A stretch of 64,000 nt of DNA from the IMG/VR virus record IMGVR_UViG_3300042477_000769. One strand, written 5' to 3'. Every line of letters begins with the position of its first letter. Within the stretch, counting starts at the first letter, position 1. The position numbers were made by a program, and so were the translations under genes. Below, piece after piece: positions 29,325-38,094 of this stretch. The stretch is from a virus (taxonomy: Duplodnaviria; Caudoviricetes). The notes under the pieces were generated by a model, which did not search any database, was not told the origin of the DNA, and saw nothing but the letters and a program-made list of their open reading frames with translations.

Positions 29325-29658
29325 TAAAGATTTTATGATTGGAACGGTAGGTTTGCCAACCATTAACAATATCACTAAAAAGCCATGTTATCTAGTTGAA
29401 TTATTAGATAACATGGGTAAACAGCCTAAAAAAATATACTTTTTATCATTAGATAAGCCAGAAACTTTGAATGGGTTTATTCAAGTAAAAGGAATTTATT
29501 CTTCTTTATTAGAAGAAGAGTTAGTGAAAAAATTTGGTGAAATTCTTTCAGTCACGCCGAAAGAGCAAATTTTAGAATTAATGATACCCTGGCATCGGGT
29601 ATATAGTATTCGAAGCTTGGTATTTAATGCCAATAAGCCGTCTAGTTTGATTAAATAA
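29317..29658 (+). CDS. hypothetical protein
   Basis: 113-aa ORF. Confidence 0.65.
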   Translation: MTDKDFMIGTVGLPTINNITKKPCYLVELLDNMGKQPKKIYFLSLDKPETLNGFIQVKGIYSSLLEEELVKKFGEILSVTPKEQILELMIPWHRVYSIRSLVFNANKPSSLIK

Positions 29659-29702
29659 TTTAATCGTTTGTGTATTGAAAATAGTAAAAGAAAGGGAATA
29701 AA

Positions 29703-29987
29703 ATGACATTTAATAGTAATAAAAGTTCGAAAAAATCCACCTCAGAAGAGATTGTTTTTAATCGAGTTAAGACTTTAGTTACCCGTAAGAAAAATTGGCT
29801 AGGAACGATGACTGAGTTAATGTTTGCCATTAATGGTAGCGCCTTAGTGACCAGAAATCCTGCTAACTTAAGAGTAGTGTTAAATAAAGTTGTAAATCGT
29901 TTACGTAATCAAAGAATTAGTGTGAAATTTTTCCGAGAAAAAGATCGTACTAGAACTCGATTTGTACAGTTTACCATGAATAAATGA
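29703..29987 (+). CDS. hypothetical basic protein, possible winged helix
   Basis: 94 aa, Arg/Lys-rich; AAGGGA upstream. Confidence 0.55.
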   Translation: MTFNSNKSSKKSTSEEIVFNRVKTLVTRKKNWLGTMTELMFAINGSALVTRNPANLRVVLNKVVNRLRNQRISVKFFREKDRTRTRFVQFTMNK

Positions 29988-30079
29988 TAGTAGTCACACG
30001 ATACTAAAATAATTGTTAATATAAAAGTACATAGTGTACAATAGATAAATAACAGTAGATAAAAAAGTAGGAGATACAT

Positions 30080-30790
30080 ATGACAACCTTTGGTGAAATT
30101 AGCTGGAATGATGACGTCTTTGGCGGCGATAATAAAAAAAATGTCAATAGTAAAGATTTATTCCTTCGACTAGAGGAAGGATCTAACGAAATTAGATTAA
30201 TTACTCAACCATTTCAATATTTAGTACACAAATATAAGAAAGAAGGAGATCCTGGATTTGGACAGAAGATTTCTTGTTCAGCTATCCATGGCAGCTGTCC
30301 CCTTTGTGAATTAGGTGATAAGGCCAAACCCAGATGGTTTCTGGGAGTAATTTCCAGAAAAACTGGAACTTATAAAATCTTAGATATTTCTTTTGCTGTC
30401 TTTTCTCAAATTCGTAAGTTAGCGCGCAATACTCAACGATGGGGAGATCCGACCAAATATGATATTGATATTGTGGTAGATAAAAATGGCGGAGCAACTG
30501 GATATTATTCAGTGCAACCTATTTCTAAAGAGGCTTTGTCGGCGGCAGATCAACAAATTAAAGACAATGTTGATTTAGATGATTTGAAACGCCGAGCCAC
30601 TCCATTAATGCCAGATGCCGTTCAAAAGAGAATGGATAAAATCAATGGCGTTGGTGAATTTGCCACCGCAGGAGCGCCTGCGATGAAAAAGGCGGGAGCT
30701 AAACCGGTAGCTAAACCAGCAGTCGTCAGCATGACCGATGACGAAGATATGGATGATGCATTTCCGGCCTATAATAGTGATGCAGAATGA
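30080..30790 (+). CDS. single-stranded DNA-binding protein (gp32-like)
   Basis: FLRLEEGSNEIRLI, H...C....CPLC zinc site, YDIDI, acidic tail DDEDMDDAF; AGGAG RBS. Confidence 0.75.
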   Translation: MTTFGEISWNDDVFGGDNKKNVNSKDLFLRLEEGSNEIRLITQPFQYLVHKYKKEGDPGFGQKISCSAIHGSCPLCELGDKAKPRWFLGVISRKTGTYKILDISFAVFSQIRKLARNTQRWGDPTKYDIDIVVDKNGGATGYYSVQPISKEALSAADQQIKDNVDLDDLKRRATPLMPDAVQKRMDKINGVGEFATAGAPAMKKAGAKPVAKPAVVSMTDDEDMDDAFPAYNSDAE

Positions 30791-30812
30791 CCTAAAAAAT
30801 AGGTAGTAATTT

Positions 30813-30842
30813 AAAAGGGCAAGTAGTAACTTGCCCTTTTTT
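30813..30842. terminator. intrinsic terminator, possibly bidirectional
   Basis: AAAAGGGCAAGT-agta-ACTTGCCCTTTT-TT, perfect 12-bp stem. Confidence 0.85.
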
Positions 30843-30853
30843 ATTGGATAAAA

Positions 30854-31429
30854 GTGAGAAATATGACTCGGATTTTAGGGATAGATTGTTCTTCTACGAC
30901 CATTGGTTATGGAGTGTTAGATATTGATGCTAATAATAACATTAGTTTAGTAGCGGTCTCCTATCTTAAACCGAATAAAAAAGGCTCGATTATTGAAAGA
31001 ATTGTTTCGACTAGAGATGAGATTCAAAAAATAATGAATAAATACCAGCCCGATTTAATTGGCATTGAAGATATTATACAATTTATGCAAGGCAAGAGTA
31101 CGGCGAAAACGATTATTACATTGACTACTTTTAATCGTATGATTGGGCTGTGCGCCTTCGATTTTTTAAAAAAGAGCCCGAGCTTATTTAATGTAATGAC
31201 CATCCGTCACGGATTAAAATTAAATAAAACGCTGCCAAAAAAAGAAGATATTCCGGAGCTTGTGGCCCACCATTTAAAGATTACATTTCCTTACGAGCGC
31301 TCGGCCAAAGGTAAAAAAAAGGGCGCCATCAAAATTGAAAATTTTGACATGGCTGACGGTTTGGCGGTAGCGCTATATTATGCATTTATAGTAACTGGAA
31401 AAATTAAAAGAAAAAATAAGGTATTATGA
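30854..31429 (+). CDS. ruvC: RuvC-like Holliday junction resolvase
   Basis: ILGIDCS..TIGYG, IGIED, DMADGLAVA. Confidence 0.85.
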   Translation: MRNMTRILGIDCSSTTIGYGVLDIDANNNISLVAVSYLKPNKKGSIIERIVSTRDEIQKIMNKYQPDLIGIEDIIQFMQGKSTAKTIITLTTFNRMIGLCAFDFLKKSPSLFNVMTIRHGLKLNKTLPKKEDIPELVAHHLKITFPYERSAKGKKKGAIKIENFDMADGLAVALYYAFIVTGKIKRKNKVL

Positions 31430-32370
31430 AATTAAGTGAAGCTTATAATATTCTGGGAGTACAGCCCAATGCCGACCCTGAAGCCGTGAAGAAGCAATAT
31501 AAGAAATTAACTCGAGAATTTCATCCGGACATTAACAAGGAAGCCGGAGCCGAGGAAAAGTTTAAAAAAATAAATGAAGCTTACCAAGTGGTCACCTCGG
31601 GCAAAGAAGAGGGCGCGCAAATTCCTTGGCAAGGCTTTAATCCATTTGCGAATATGGATCCTTTTGGAATGAATCAACAAGTTATTCATCCGGCAGATCC
31701 TGTATCTTTGCATATTAATATTTCTTTTAAAGATTCTATTTTAGGATGCAAGAAAGAACTAAAGTTTAATAGAAAAATTAAATGTACTGAGTGTCAAGGT
31801 AATGGTAAGACTGTCATCCCCAGTAATTGTACGGAATGTCAAGGTAAAGGGAGAAAAGTAGTAACTCAAGGTCATATGACTTTTGTTACTACTTGTAATA
31901 AATGTTATGGCAAAGTAGAGACTAAAAATTGTGTGAAATGTAATTCACAAGGAACTTTGACCACTGATACGGCTATTAGTGTTAATGTTCCAGGCGGTAT
32001 CCAAAATGGAAATATCTTAAGATTAAGTCATATGGGTAATTTCATTACTACTTTTGGCCCATTGGATCAATATAGTGATGCTCATTTATCGGTGTCAGTA
32101 GAAGCCGATCCGGAGTTATCATTACATGGGACAGATGTAGTTTGTACAGTTTCTATTCCATTAGTCCAGGCTATTACTGGCACTACTAAAACAGTTAGAA
32201 CTATTTTAGGATCTCAAGAGGTAATGGTGCCGGCTAAATCTAAACATAAAGATGAAATCATTCTTACTAAATTAGGGGTCAATGGAGTCGGCAATCAAAA
32301 GGTAGTATTACATGTAGACTATCCAGAATTCACTGATAGTATGATTCAAGCTTTACAGGAGGTTGTGTGA
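31426..32370 (+). CDS. dnaJ: DnaJ chaperone (J domain, zinc finger, C-terminal domain)
   Basis: YKKL..EFHPD.N, F..INEAY, CTECQGNG/CTECQGKG repeats, VPGG..NG..LRL. Confidence 0.92.
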   Translation: MKLSEAYNILGVQPNADPEAVKKQYKKLTREFHPDINKEAGAEEKFKKINEAYQVVTSGKEEGAQIPWQGFNPFANMDPFGMNQQVIHPADPVSLHINISFKDSILGCKKELKFNRKIKCTECQGNGKTVIPSNCTECQGKGRKVVTQGHMTFVTTCNKCYGKVETKNCVKCNSQGTLTTDTAISVNVPGGIQNGNILRLSHMGNFITTFGPLDQYSDAHLSVSVEADPELSLHGTDVVCTVSIPLVQAITGTTKTVRTILGSQEVMVPAKSKHKDEIILTKLGVNGVGNQKVVLHVDYPEFTDSMIQALQEVV

Positions 32371-32693
32371 AAGTTTCTGCGATGTGTCCTGTGTGTCAAA
32401 AAGCGCAAGAGCCTTATTTGGATCCGCGTAGTAATAAAGTATATTGTTCTTTATGCGATGCAGAAATTAAAAATATTTCACATTTTGCTAAGATTCAAAT
32501 GCAAACGACTAAACAAATAAGAATTCCGACTAAGGGAATTTCTGTTAAATGCAATAAATGTAAAAATGATAGTCGGCCTCAAATAGTAGAGGCTAAAGTA
32601 GTGTGTGGAACTTGTGCCGGACCCTTAGATAATTTAACTCCTATTTTTAAAGAAATGTTAAAAGAGCTCTTGAAAAAAGAAGAGAATGATTAA
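32367..32693 (+). CDS. double zinc-ribbon protein
   Basis: Four CxxC pairs. Confidence 0.65.
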   Translation: MKVSAMCPVCQKAQEPYLDPRSNKVYCSLCDAEIKNISHFAKIQMQTTKQIRIPTKGISVKCNKCKNDSRPQIVEAKVVCGTCAGPLDNLTPIFKEMLKELLKKEEND

Positions 32694-33294
32694 TTCTATG
32701 CAAGAAATTAAGATAGATTATTTTGGCACTAAACATTATTATTGGAATGGTCAGCGACATCGAGAAGATGGCCCTGCCGTAGAATATGCTGATGGAACTA
32801 AGATGTGGTTTATTCATGGTTTGAAGCATCGAGAAGATAGACCAGCTGTAGAGCATGCTAATGGAGATAAAGAATGGTGGCTTCATGGCCAAAGACATCG
32901 AGTAGGTCATCCAGCTTATGAGGGTGCTGATGGATCTAAACAATGGTGGCTTCATGGAAAACGGCATCGAGAAGATGGCCCGGCTCTAGAATGTGTTAAT
33001 GGAACTAAAGAGTGGCGGATTCATGATCAACTCCATCGAGCAGATGGCCCAGCCCATGAAGGCGCTGATGGAATGAAAAAATGGTGTCTTCATGGTCAAT
33101 TCCATCGAGAAGATGGTCCTGCATTAGAACATGCTGATGGATCCAAATTTTGGTTTATTCATGGCCAACAACATAGAGAAAATGGCCCTGCTATAGAATA
33201 CTCTAATGGAGCAAAACAATTTTGGTTACAAAATTCTTTAATTCTTTCAGAAGAAGAATATTGGAGAATACTTAAGTTGAAAGCATTATGGTGA
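32686..33294 (+). CDS. HREDGPA-repeat protein 1 (7 units)
   Basis: MQEIK...YWRILKLKALW; alternative start at about 32698. Confidence 0.9.
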   Translation: MINSMQEIKIDYFGTKHYYWNGQRHREDGPAVEYADGTKMWFIHGLKHREDRPAVEHANGDKEWWLHGQRHRVGHPAYEGADGSKQWWLHGKRHREDGPALECVNGTKEWRIHDQLHRADGPAHEGADGMKKWCLHGQFHREDGPALEHADGSKFWFIHGQQHRENGPAIEYSNGAKQFWLQNSLILSEEEYWRILKLKALW

Positions 33295-33297
33295 AAT

Positions 33298-33546
33298 ATG
33301 CAAGAAATTAAAAATTATAAAGATGGCACTTCCAAATATTATTGGAATGGCCGATTACATCGAGAAGATGGTCCAGCGATAGAATGGTCTCATGGCACTA
33401 AAGAATGGTATCTTCATGGAAAATGTCATCGAGAAGATGGTCCAGCAATAGAGTGGACTAATGGAGATAAATATTGGTACCTTCAAGGTAAACAATATTC
33501 GGAGCAAGAATATTGGAGACGAGTTAAACTAAAAGCTTTATGGTGA
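33298..33546 (+). CDS. HREDGPA-repeat protein 2 (2 units)
   Basis: MQEIK...YWRRVKLKALW. Confidence 0.9.
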   Translation: MQEIKNYKDGTSKYYWNGRLHREDGPAIEWSHGTKEWYLHGKCHREDGPAIEWTNGDKYWYLQGKQYSEQEYWRRVKLKALW

Positions 33547-33550
33547 AGTT

Positions 33551-34003
33551 ATGCAAAAAATTAAAGAAGATCACTGGGGAAAATATTATTATTGGAATGG
33601 TCTCTTCCATCGAGAAGATGGTCCAGCAGCAGAATTCTACAATGGAGATAAAGATTGGTATTATTATGGTCAACGTCATCGAGAAAATGGACCAGCCAGA
33701 GAATTTGCTCATGGCCATAAAGAATGGTGGCTTCATGGTCAACGTCATCGGGAAGATGGTCCAGCCAGAGAATATTATGATGGGTCTAAAGAATGGTATC
33801 TTCATGGAAAATGTCATCGAGAAGATGGTCCAGCGGCAGAATATTCTAATGGAGACAAATTATGGTATTTTAAAGATCAGCTTCATCGAGAAAATGGTCC
33901 AGCTATAGAATGTGAAGATGGTGCTAAAAGCTGGTATCTTCAAGATAAAGAATATTCAGAAGAAGAATATTGGAGAGTAGTGAAATTAAAAGCTTTATGG
34001 TAA
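33551..34003 (+). CDS. HREDGPA-repeat protein 3 (5 units)
   Basis: MQKIK...YWRVVKLKALW. Confidence 0.9.
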   Translation: MQKIKEDHWGKYYYWNGLFHREDGPAAEFYNGDKDWYYYGQRHRENGPAREFAHGHKEWWLHGQRHREDGPAREYYDGSKEWYLHGKCHREDGPAAEYSNGDKLWYFKDQLHRENGPAIECEDGAKSWYLQDKEYSEEEYWRVVKLKALW

Positions 34004-34012
34004 ATAGTTATT

Positions 34013-34771
34013 ATGTTTAATAAAATTATTGATGCTTGCAAATATTTGCTGACTAGCTTTCCAGAAGCTCAAACTAGCAAAGAATATCTAGATTCAAGAA
34101 TCTCCGCTAGTAGTCAAGAACTATTTGATTTTGGATTTTTCCCCAATTTAGATAATTTGCCCGTATTAATTGATTTGGTCGGAGAAGCTGAACTAATTAA
34201 TAGTAATTTGCTGTATTCCAAAATTATTGAAGATTCTGGAGGGATTAGGTCTCTTAATTTTTGTTATTTTGAACATTATCCTATTATTATGCCGTTTAAA
34301 GATCCATATGGGGAAATAGTTGGTATTGTGGGTCGAACCTTATTAAGCGAATCAGAATATAAAAACTTAGGTATACCTAAATACAAGAATACTAAGAACT
34401 TTAAAAAAGGCAATTTTTTATTCGGCTTATATGAAAATAAAGAACATATTATTAAAAATAATAGCGTTTATTTGGTAGAGGGTCAATTTGATGTAATTAA
34501 AGCAAGAGAAAAAGGCTTTAATAATATGGTAGCCTTAGGGACTTCTAGTATGACAGATTATCAATTCTCTGTTTTAAGTCGTTATACCGATAATATATTT
34601 TTATTATTGGATAATGATGAGGCCGGAGAAAAGGGTCGTAAATTTATTACCCATAAATATGGCAAATATGCAAATATTCAAAACTTTTACTTGCCTGATC
34701 AGTACAAGGATGTAGATGATTATTTTTCATTATCTCAAGAAGATACCTTATCGTTTGCAGTTAAAGTGTGA
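34013..34771 (+). CDS. dnaG: DnaG primase catalytic core (Toprim), no zinc-binding domain
   Basis: IIMPF....GEIVGIVGR, PKYKN, K...LFGL, LVEGQFDV, VALGTS, LDNDEAG. Confidence 0.9.
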   Translation: MFNKIIDACKYLLTSFPEAQTSKEYLDSRISASSQELFDFGFFPNLDNLPVLIDLVGEAELINSNLLYSKIIEDSGGIRSLNFCYFEHYPIIMPFKDPYGEIVGIVGRTLLSESEYKNLGIPKYKNTKNFKKGNFLFGLYENKEHIIKNNSVYLVEGQFDVIKAREKGFNNMVALGTSSMTDYQFSVLSRYTDNIFLLLDNDEAGEKGRKFITHKYGKYANIQNFYLPDQYKDVDDYFSLSQEDTLSFAVKV

Positions 34772-34783
34772 AATGGTTAACTT

Positions 34784-35302
34784 ATGCAAAAAATATTAAA
34801 AAGAAAAGGAATTATAGAATATATTTCTTACGGCAAACGTCATCGAGAAGATGGCCCGGCAGCAATATGGTTTAATGGAGATAAATCCTGGTATCTTCAT
34901 GGTCATCTTCATCGAATAGATGGCCCGGCATTAGAATGGACTAATGGACATCAAGAATGGTGGCTTCATGATCAACGCCATCGAGACGATGGGCCTGCAA
35001 TTGAGTATTTAAATGGAGATAAAGAATGGTGGATTCATGGAAAGCGCCATCGAGAAGGCGCTCCAGCCATAGAAAGTTTCAGTGAGAAACGATGGTATCT
35101 TCATGGTCATCTTCATCGAGAAGATGGTCCAGCGATAGAGTTGCCTAATGGACGTAAAGAGTGGCATCTTCATGATCAATGCCATCGAGAAGATGGTCCG
35201 GCAATAGAAGATGCTTATGGAAATAAATGGTGGTACTTTCAAGGTAAAAATTATACAGAAAAAGAATATTGGAGAGTACTTAAATTGAAAGCTTTATGGT
35301 AA
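34784..35302 (+). CDS. HREDGPA-repeat protein 4 (6 units)
   Basis: MQKILK...YWRVLKLKALW. Confidence 0.9.
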   Translation: MQKILKRKGIIEYISYGKRHREDGPAAIWFNGDKSWYLHGHLHRIDGPALEWTNGHQEWWLHDQRHRDDGPAIEYLNGDKEWWIHGKRHREGAPAIESFSEKRWYLHGHLHREDGPAIELPNGRKEWHLHDQCHREDGPAIEDAYGNKWWYFQGKNYTEKEYWRVLKLKALW

Positions 35303-35305
35303 AGT

Positions 35306-35692
35306 ATGCAAGAAATTAAAAAAGAGATATGTGGCGCTAAAAAATATTATTGGAAGTATCAGCTACATCGAGAAGATGGGCCAGCCATAGAATGGCATGA
35401 TGGATCTAAAGAATGGTGGATTCATGGTCAACTTCATCGAGAAGATGGTCCGGCAGTAGAATATACTAATGGAGAGAAATTTTGGTATCTTTATGGTAAA
35501 TGCCATCGAGAAGATGGACCTGCCGTAGAATGGTTTAATGGAAATAAATATTGGTTTTTTCATGGTCAACGTCATCGAGAAGATGGCCCAGCTATAGAGC
35601 ATTCTGATGGATTGAAAGCTTTTTATCTTCAAGGAAAAGACTATTCAGAAGAAGAATATTGGCGATTAGTTAAATTAAAAGGTTTGTGGTAA
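35306..35692 (+). CDS. HREDGPA-repeat protein 5 (4 units)
   Basis: MQEIK...YWRLVKLKGLW. Confidence 0.9.
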   Translation: MQEIKKEICGAKKYYWKYQLHREDGPAIEWHDGSKEWWIHGQLHREDGPAVEYTNGEKFWYLYGKCHREDGPAVEWFNGNKYWFFHGQRHREDGPAIEHSDGLKAFYLQGKDYSEEEYWRLVKLKGLW

Positions 35693-35696
35693 CACA

Positions 35697-36083
35697 ATGC
35701 AAGAAATTAAGATAGATATATTTGGTACCAAAAAATATTATTGGAATGGTCGATTGCATCGAGAAGATGGGCCAGCGATAGAATATTCTGATGGAACTAC
35801 AGTGTGGTTTCTTCATAATAAGAAACATCGAGAAGATGGTCCGGCAGTAGAAACTATTGATGGAGATATGGGTTGGTATCGTTATGGAGAATTACATCGA
35901 GAAAAAGAGCCCGCCATTATATTAAATAATGGGGAGAAATCTTGGTGGCTTCATGATCAACGGCACAGAGAGGATGGGCCCGCCGTAGAATTTGCTAATG
36001 GAGAAAAAGAGTGGTTTCTTCAAGGCACAGAATATTTAGAAGAAGAATATTGGCGCTTAGTTAAACTAAAGGGTTTGTGGTAA
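35697..36083 (+). CDS. HREDGPA-repeat protein 6 (4 units)
   Basis: MQEIK...YWRLVKLKGLW. Confidence 0.9.
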   Translation: MQEIKIDIFGTKKYYWNGRLHREDGPAIEYSDGTTVWFLHNKKHREDGPAVETIDGDMGWYRYGELHREKEPAIILNNGEKSWWLHDQRHREDGPAVEFANGEKEWFLQGTEYLEEEYWRLVKLKGLW

Positions 36084-36087
36084 TAAT

Positions 36088-36474
36088 ATGCAAAAAATTA
36101 AGATAGATAAAGATGGTAATAAAAGATATTATTGGAATAATAAGTTACATCGAGAAGATGGTCCGGCCATAGAATGGTTTAATGGACGTAAAGATTGGTA
36201 CCTTCATGGTCAACGACATCGAGAAGCGGGACCAGCAGTAGAATATGAGAATGGAGATAAAGAATGGTTTATCCATGGAAAATATCATCGAGAAGATGGC
36301 CCAGCCAGAGAATTTTTTTGGGGAGGTAAAGAATGGTTTCTTCACGGTCAACTCCATCGAGAAGATGGACCAGCCATAGAATATGCTAGTGGAGAAAAAT
36401 ATTGGTACCTTCAAGGCAAAGAATATACAGAAGAAGAGTATTGGCGAGTGGTTAAATTAAAAGCTTTGTGGTAA
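36088..36474 (+). CDS. HREDGPA-repeat protein 7 (4 units)
   Basis: MQKIK...YWRVVKLKALW. Confidence 0.9.
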   Translation: MQKIKIDKDGNKRYYWNNKLHREDGPAIEWFNGRKDWYLHGQRHREAGPAVEYENGDKEWFIHGKYHREDGPAREFFWGGKEWFLHGQLHREDGPAIEYASGEKYWYLQGKEYTEEEYWRVVKLKALW

Positions 36475-36477
36475 AGT

Positions 36478-36798
36478 ATGCAAGAAATAAAAATAAATGA
36501 ACGTGGGACTAAAAGATACTATTGGAATGATGAATTACATCGAGAAGATGGTCCGGCCATAGAGAGGAGTAATGGAGATAAAGAATGGTGGATTCATGGC
36601 AAAAGACATCGAGAAAATGGTCCCGCTATAGAATATATTAATGGATATAAAGAATGGTATCTTCATGGTCAATGTCATCGAGAAGATGGTCCAGCCATAG
36701 AATATGCCGATGGTTATCAAGAATTTTGGCTAAATAACCGCTTTATTTCTTCAAAAGAAGAATATTGGCGGTTAGTTAAGTTGAAAGCTCTATGGTAA
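36478..36798 (+). CDS. HREDGPA-repeat protein 8 (3 units)
   Basis: MQEIK...YWRLVKLKALW. Confidence 0.9.
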   Translation: MQEIKINERGTKRYYWNDELHREDGPAIERSNGDKEWWIHGKRHRENGPAIEYINGYKEWYLHGQCHREDGPAIEYADGYQEFWLNNRFISSKEEYWRLVKLKALW

Positions 36799-36811
36799 CA
36801 TCCAAATTTCT

Positions 36812-37636
36812 ATGCTTTTTATTTACAAAATTACCAATTTAATAAATGGAAAAATTTACATTGGGCAAACTATTAATCCCTCTCGAAGATGGTCACAGCA
36901 TAAATCTAATGCTAAACTCCAAAAAGGTAAGCAAATTATTACCGCCGCCATCCGTAAATATGGGCCAGACTCCTTCTCTTTCCAAATAATTGCCACCTGC
37001 CTCTCCCAAGACCAAGCTAATTGTTCAGAAGAACTGATCATCCAACAAGAAAATAGCCGTCATCCCAATATTGGATACAATGTGGACAAAGGTGGTATGC
37101 TGCAATCTCAAGATCCAATTATTGCGGCTAAAATTAGTCACAGCCTTAAAAAATATTATCAATCTCACGATAATTGGAATAAAGGAGGCACCCTCTCTCC
37201 TGAATGGAAAGAAAAAATATCCCAATCTCATGTAGGGAAAACTGGAACCAATACTGGAAAAACACTCCCCAATAATTGGAAATTAAAAATTTCTCAATCT
37301 CAAGCCGGTCAACCTAAACTTTCCAAAAGAAAATTTCCGCCTCAAATAGAACAAGAAATCTGTCAATTATATATTAATAATAATTCTGCCTACTCATTAG
37401 CTAAACAATTCCAATGTCACCGGACTGTCATTACCGATATTTTAATTCGTCATCATATTACTTTAAGAGTTGCTTCCAATAATAAGAGAAAGAAATTATT
37501 CTCTGCAGAGCAAGAACTAGAGATATGTCAAGAGTATCAGCAAAAAATATATTCCAGAACTGACCTGGCTATCAAATATAAGTGTAGCAAAACAACTATT
37601 AGGGATATATTAATAAGACATAGTGTTCAACTGTAA
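36812..37636 (+). CDS. GIY-YIG homing endonuclease
   Basis: FIYKITNLINGKIYIGQT, RRW..H, GYN; NUMOD3-like and HTH tails. Confidence 0.9.
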   Translation: MLFIYKITNLINGKIYIGQTINPSRRWSQHKSNAKLQKGKQIITAAIRKYGPDSFSFQIIATCLSQDQANCSEELIIQQENSRHPNIGYNVDKGGMLQSQDPIIAAKISHSLKKYYQSHDNWNKGGTLSPEWKEKISQSHVGKTGTNTGKTLPNNWKLKISQSQAGQPKLSKRKFPPQIEQEICQLYINNNSAYSLAKQFQCHRTVITDILIRHHITLRVASNNKRKKLFSAEQELEICQEYQQKIYSRTDLAIKYKCSKTTIRDILIRHSVQL

Positions 37637-37641
37637 ATGAG

Positions 37642-38088
37642 GTGATGATGGAACCGAGAAAAAACCGAAGCGATAAGTACCAATGGATACTCCTCGAAAC
37701 CGCCTGCTCCAACGAAATGCTCGAATCCTTCTGCAACGAAGACAGCATCTCGTCTCGCTTAAACCCCTTTCAATATAATGAAAATCTAATTGATTTAGAA
37801 GATCAATTGAAGAAAGAATTTTGGAGAGTGGTAGAAACTTTGTTAACTCCTCGTCAACGTCAGGTGATTCGATTGTATGCTGATGGTTATACCCAGATGG
37901 AAATTGCTAAGATGTTAAATGTTAATCAAAGTTCAATTACGAAATCGCTGAACGGTAACGTGGATTATAAGAACGGGAAAAAGATCTACGGTGGCGCGAG
38001 AAAGAAAATCCGCAAAATCATCGAAAACGACACCAAGATCAAAGAAATCTTACAGAAAATCGCCGAATGTCGAGATGAAAAATGGTAA
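37642..38088 (+). CDS. sigma70 region-4-like HTH protein
   Basis: LTPRQRQVIRLYADGYTQMEIAKMLNVNQSSITKSL. Confidence 0.75.
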   Translation: MMMEPRKNRSDKYQWILLETACSNEMLESFCNEDSISSRLNPFQYNENLIDLEDQLKKEFWRVVETLLTPRQRQVIRLYADGYTQMEIAKMLNVNQSSITKSLNGNVDYKNGKKIYGGARKKIRKIIENDTKIKEILQKIAECRDEKW

Positions 38089-38094
38089 GTCACT

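Larger units (their letters stand above)
32686..36798 (+). repeat. array of eight paralogous 23-aa (69-nt) HREDGPA (MORN-like) repeat genes, 35 repeat units in total
   Basis: Core catcgagaa(g/a)atgg recurs with about 69-nt period; 7,2,5,6,4,4,4,3 units per gene. Confidence 0.95.

Noticed and set aside
1-32370. Bacterial chromosome origin for the housekeeping-like genes (tig, def, dnaE, recA, dnaJ)
   Set aside because: No bacterial operon context (no clpPX after tig, no fmt with def), one-strand dense packing, and contiguity with terL and portal indicate a phage
32647-36720. Minus-strand and alternate-frame ORFs over the repeat array (e.g. 33524-33817, 35009-35242, 33540-33908)
   Set aside because: Shadows of the repetitive + strand genes
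32686-36798. CRISPR array: periodic conserved core of about 20 nt with variable intervals
   Set aside because: The period is 69 nt (23 codons) in frame inside ORFs, the intervals are homologous to each other, and there are no cas genes
32686-36798. Diversity-generating retroelement targets
   Set aside because: No reverse transcriptase or template repeat in the window, and the variation is not obviously confined to adenines; cannot exclude an RT elsewhere in the genome
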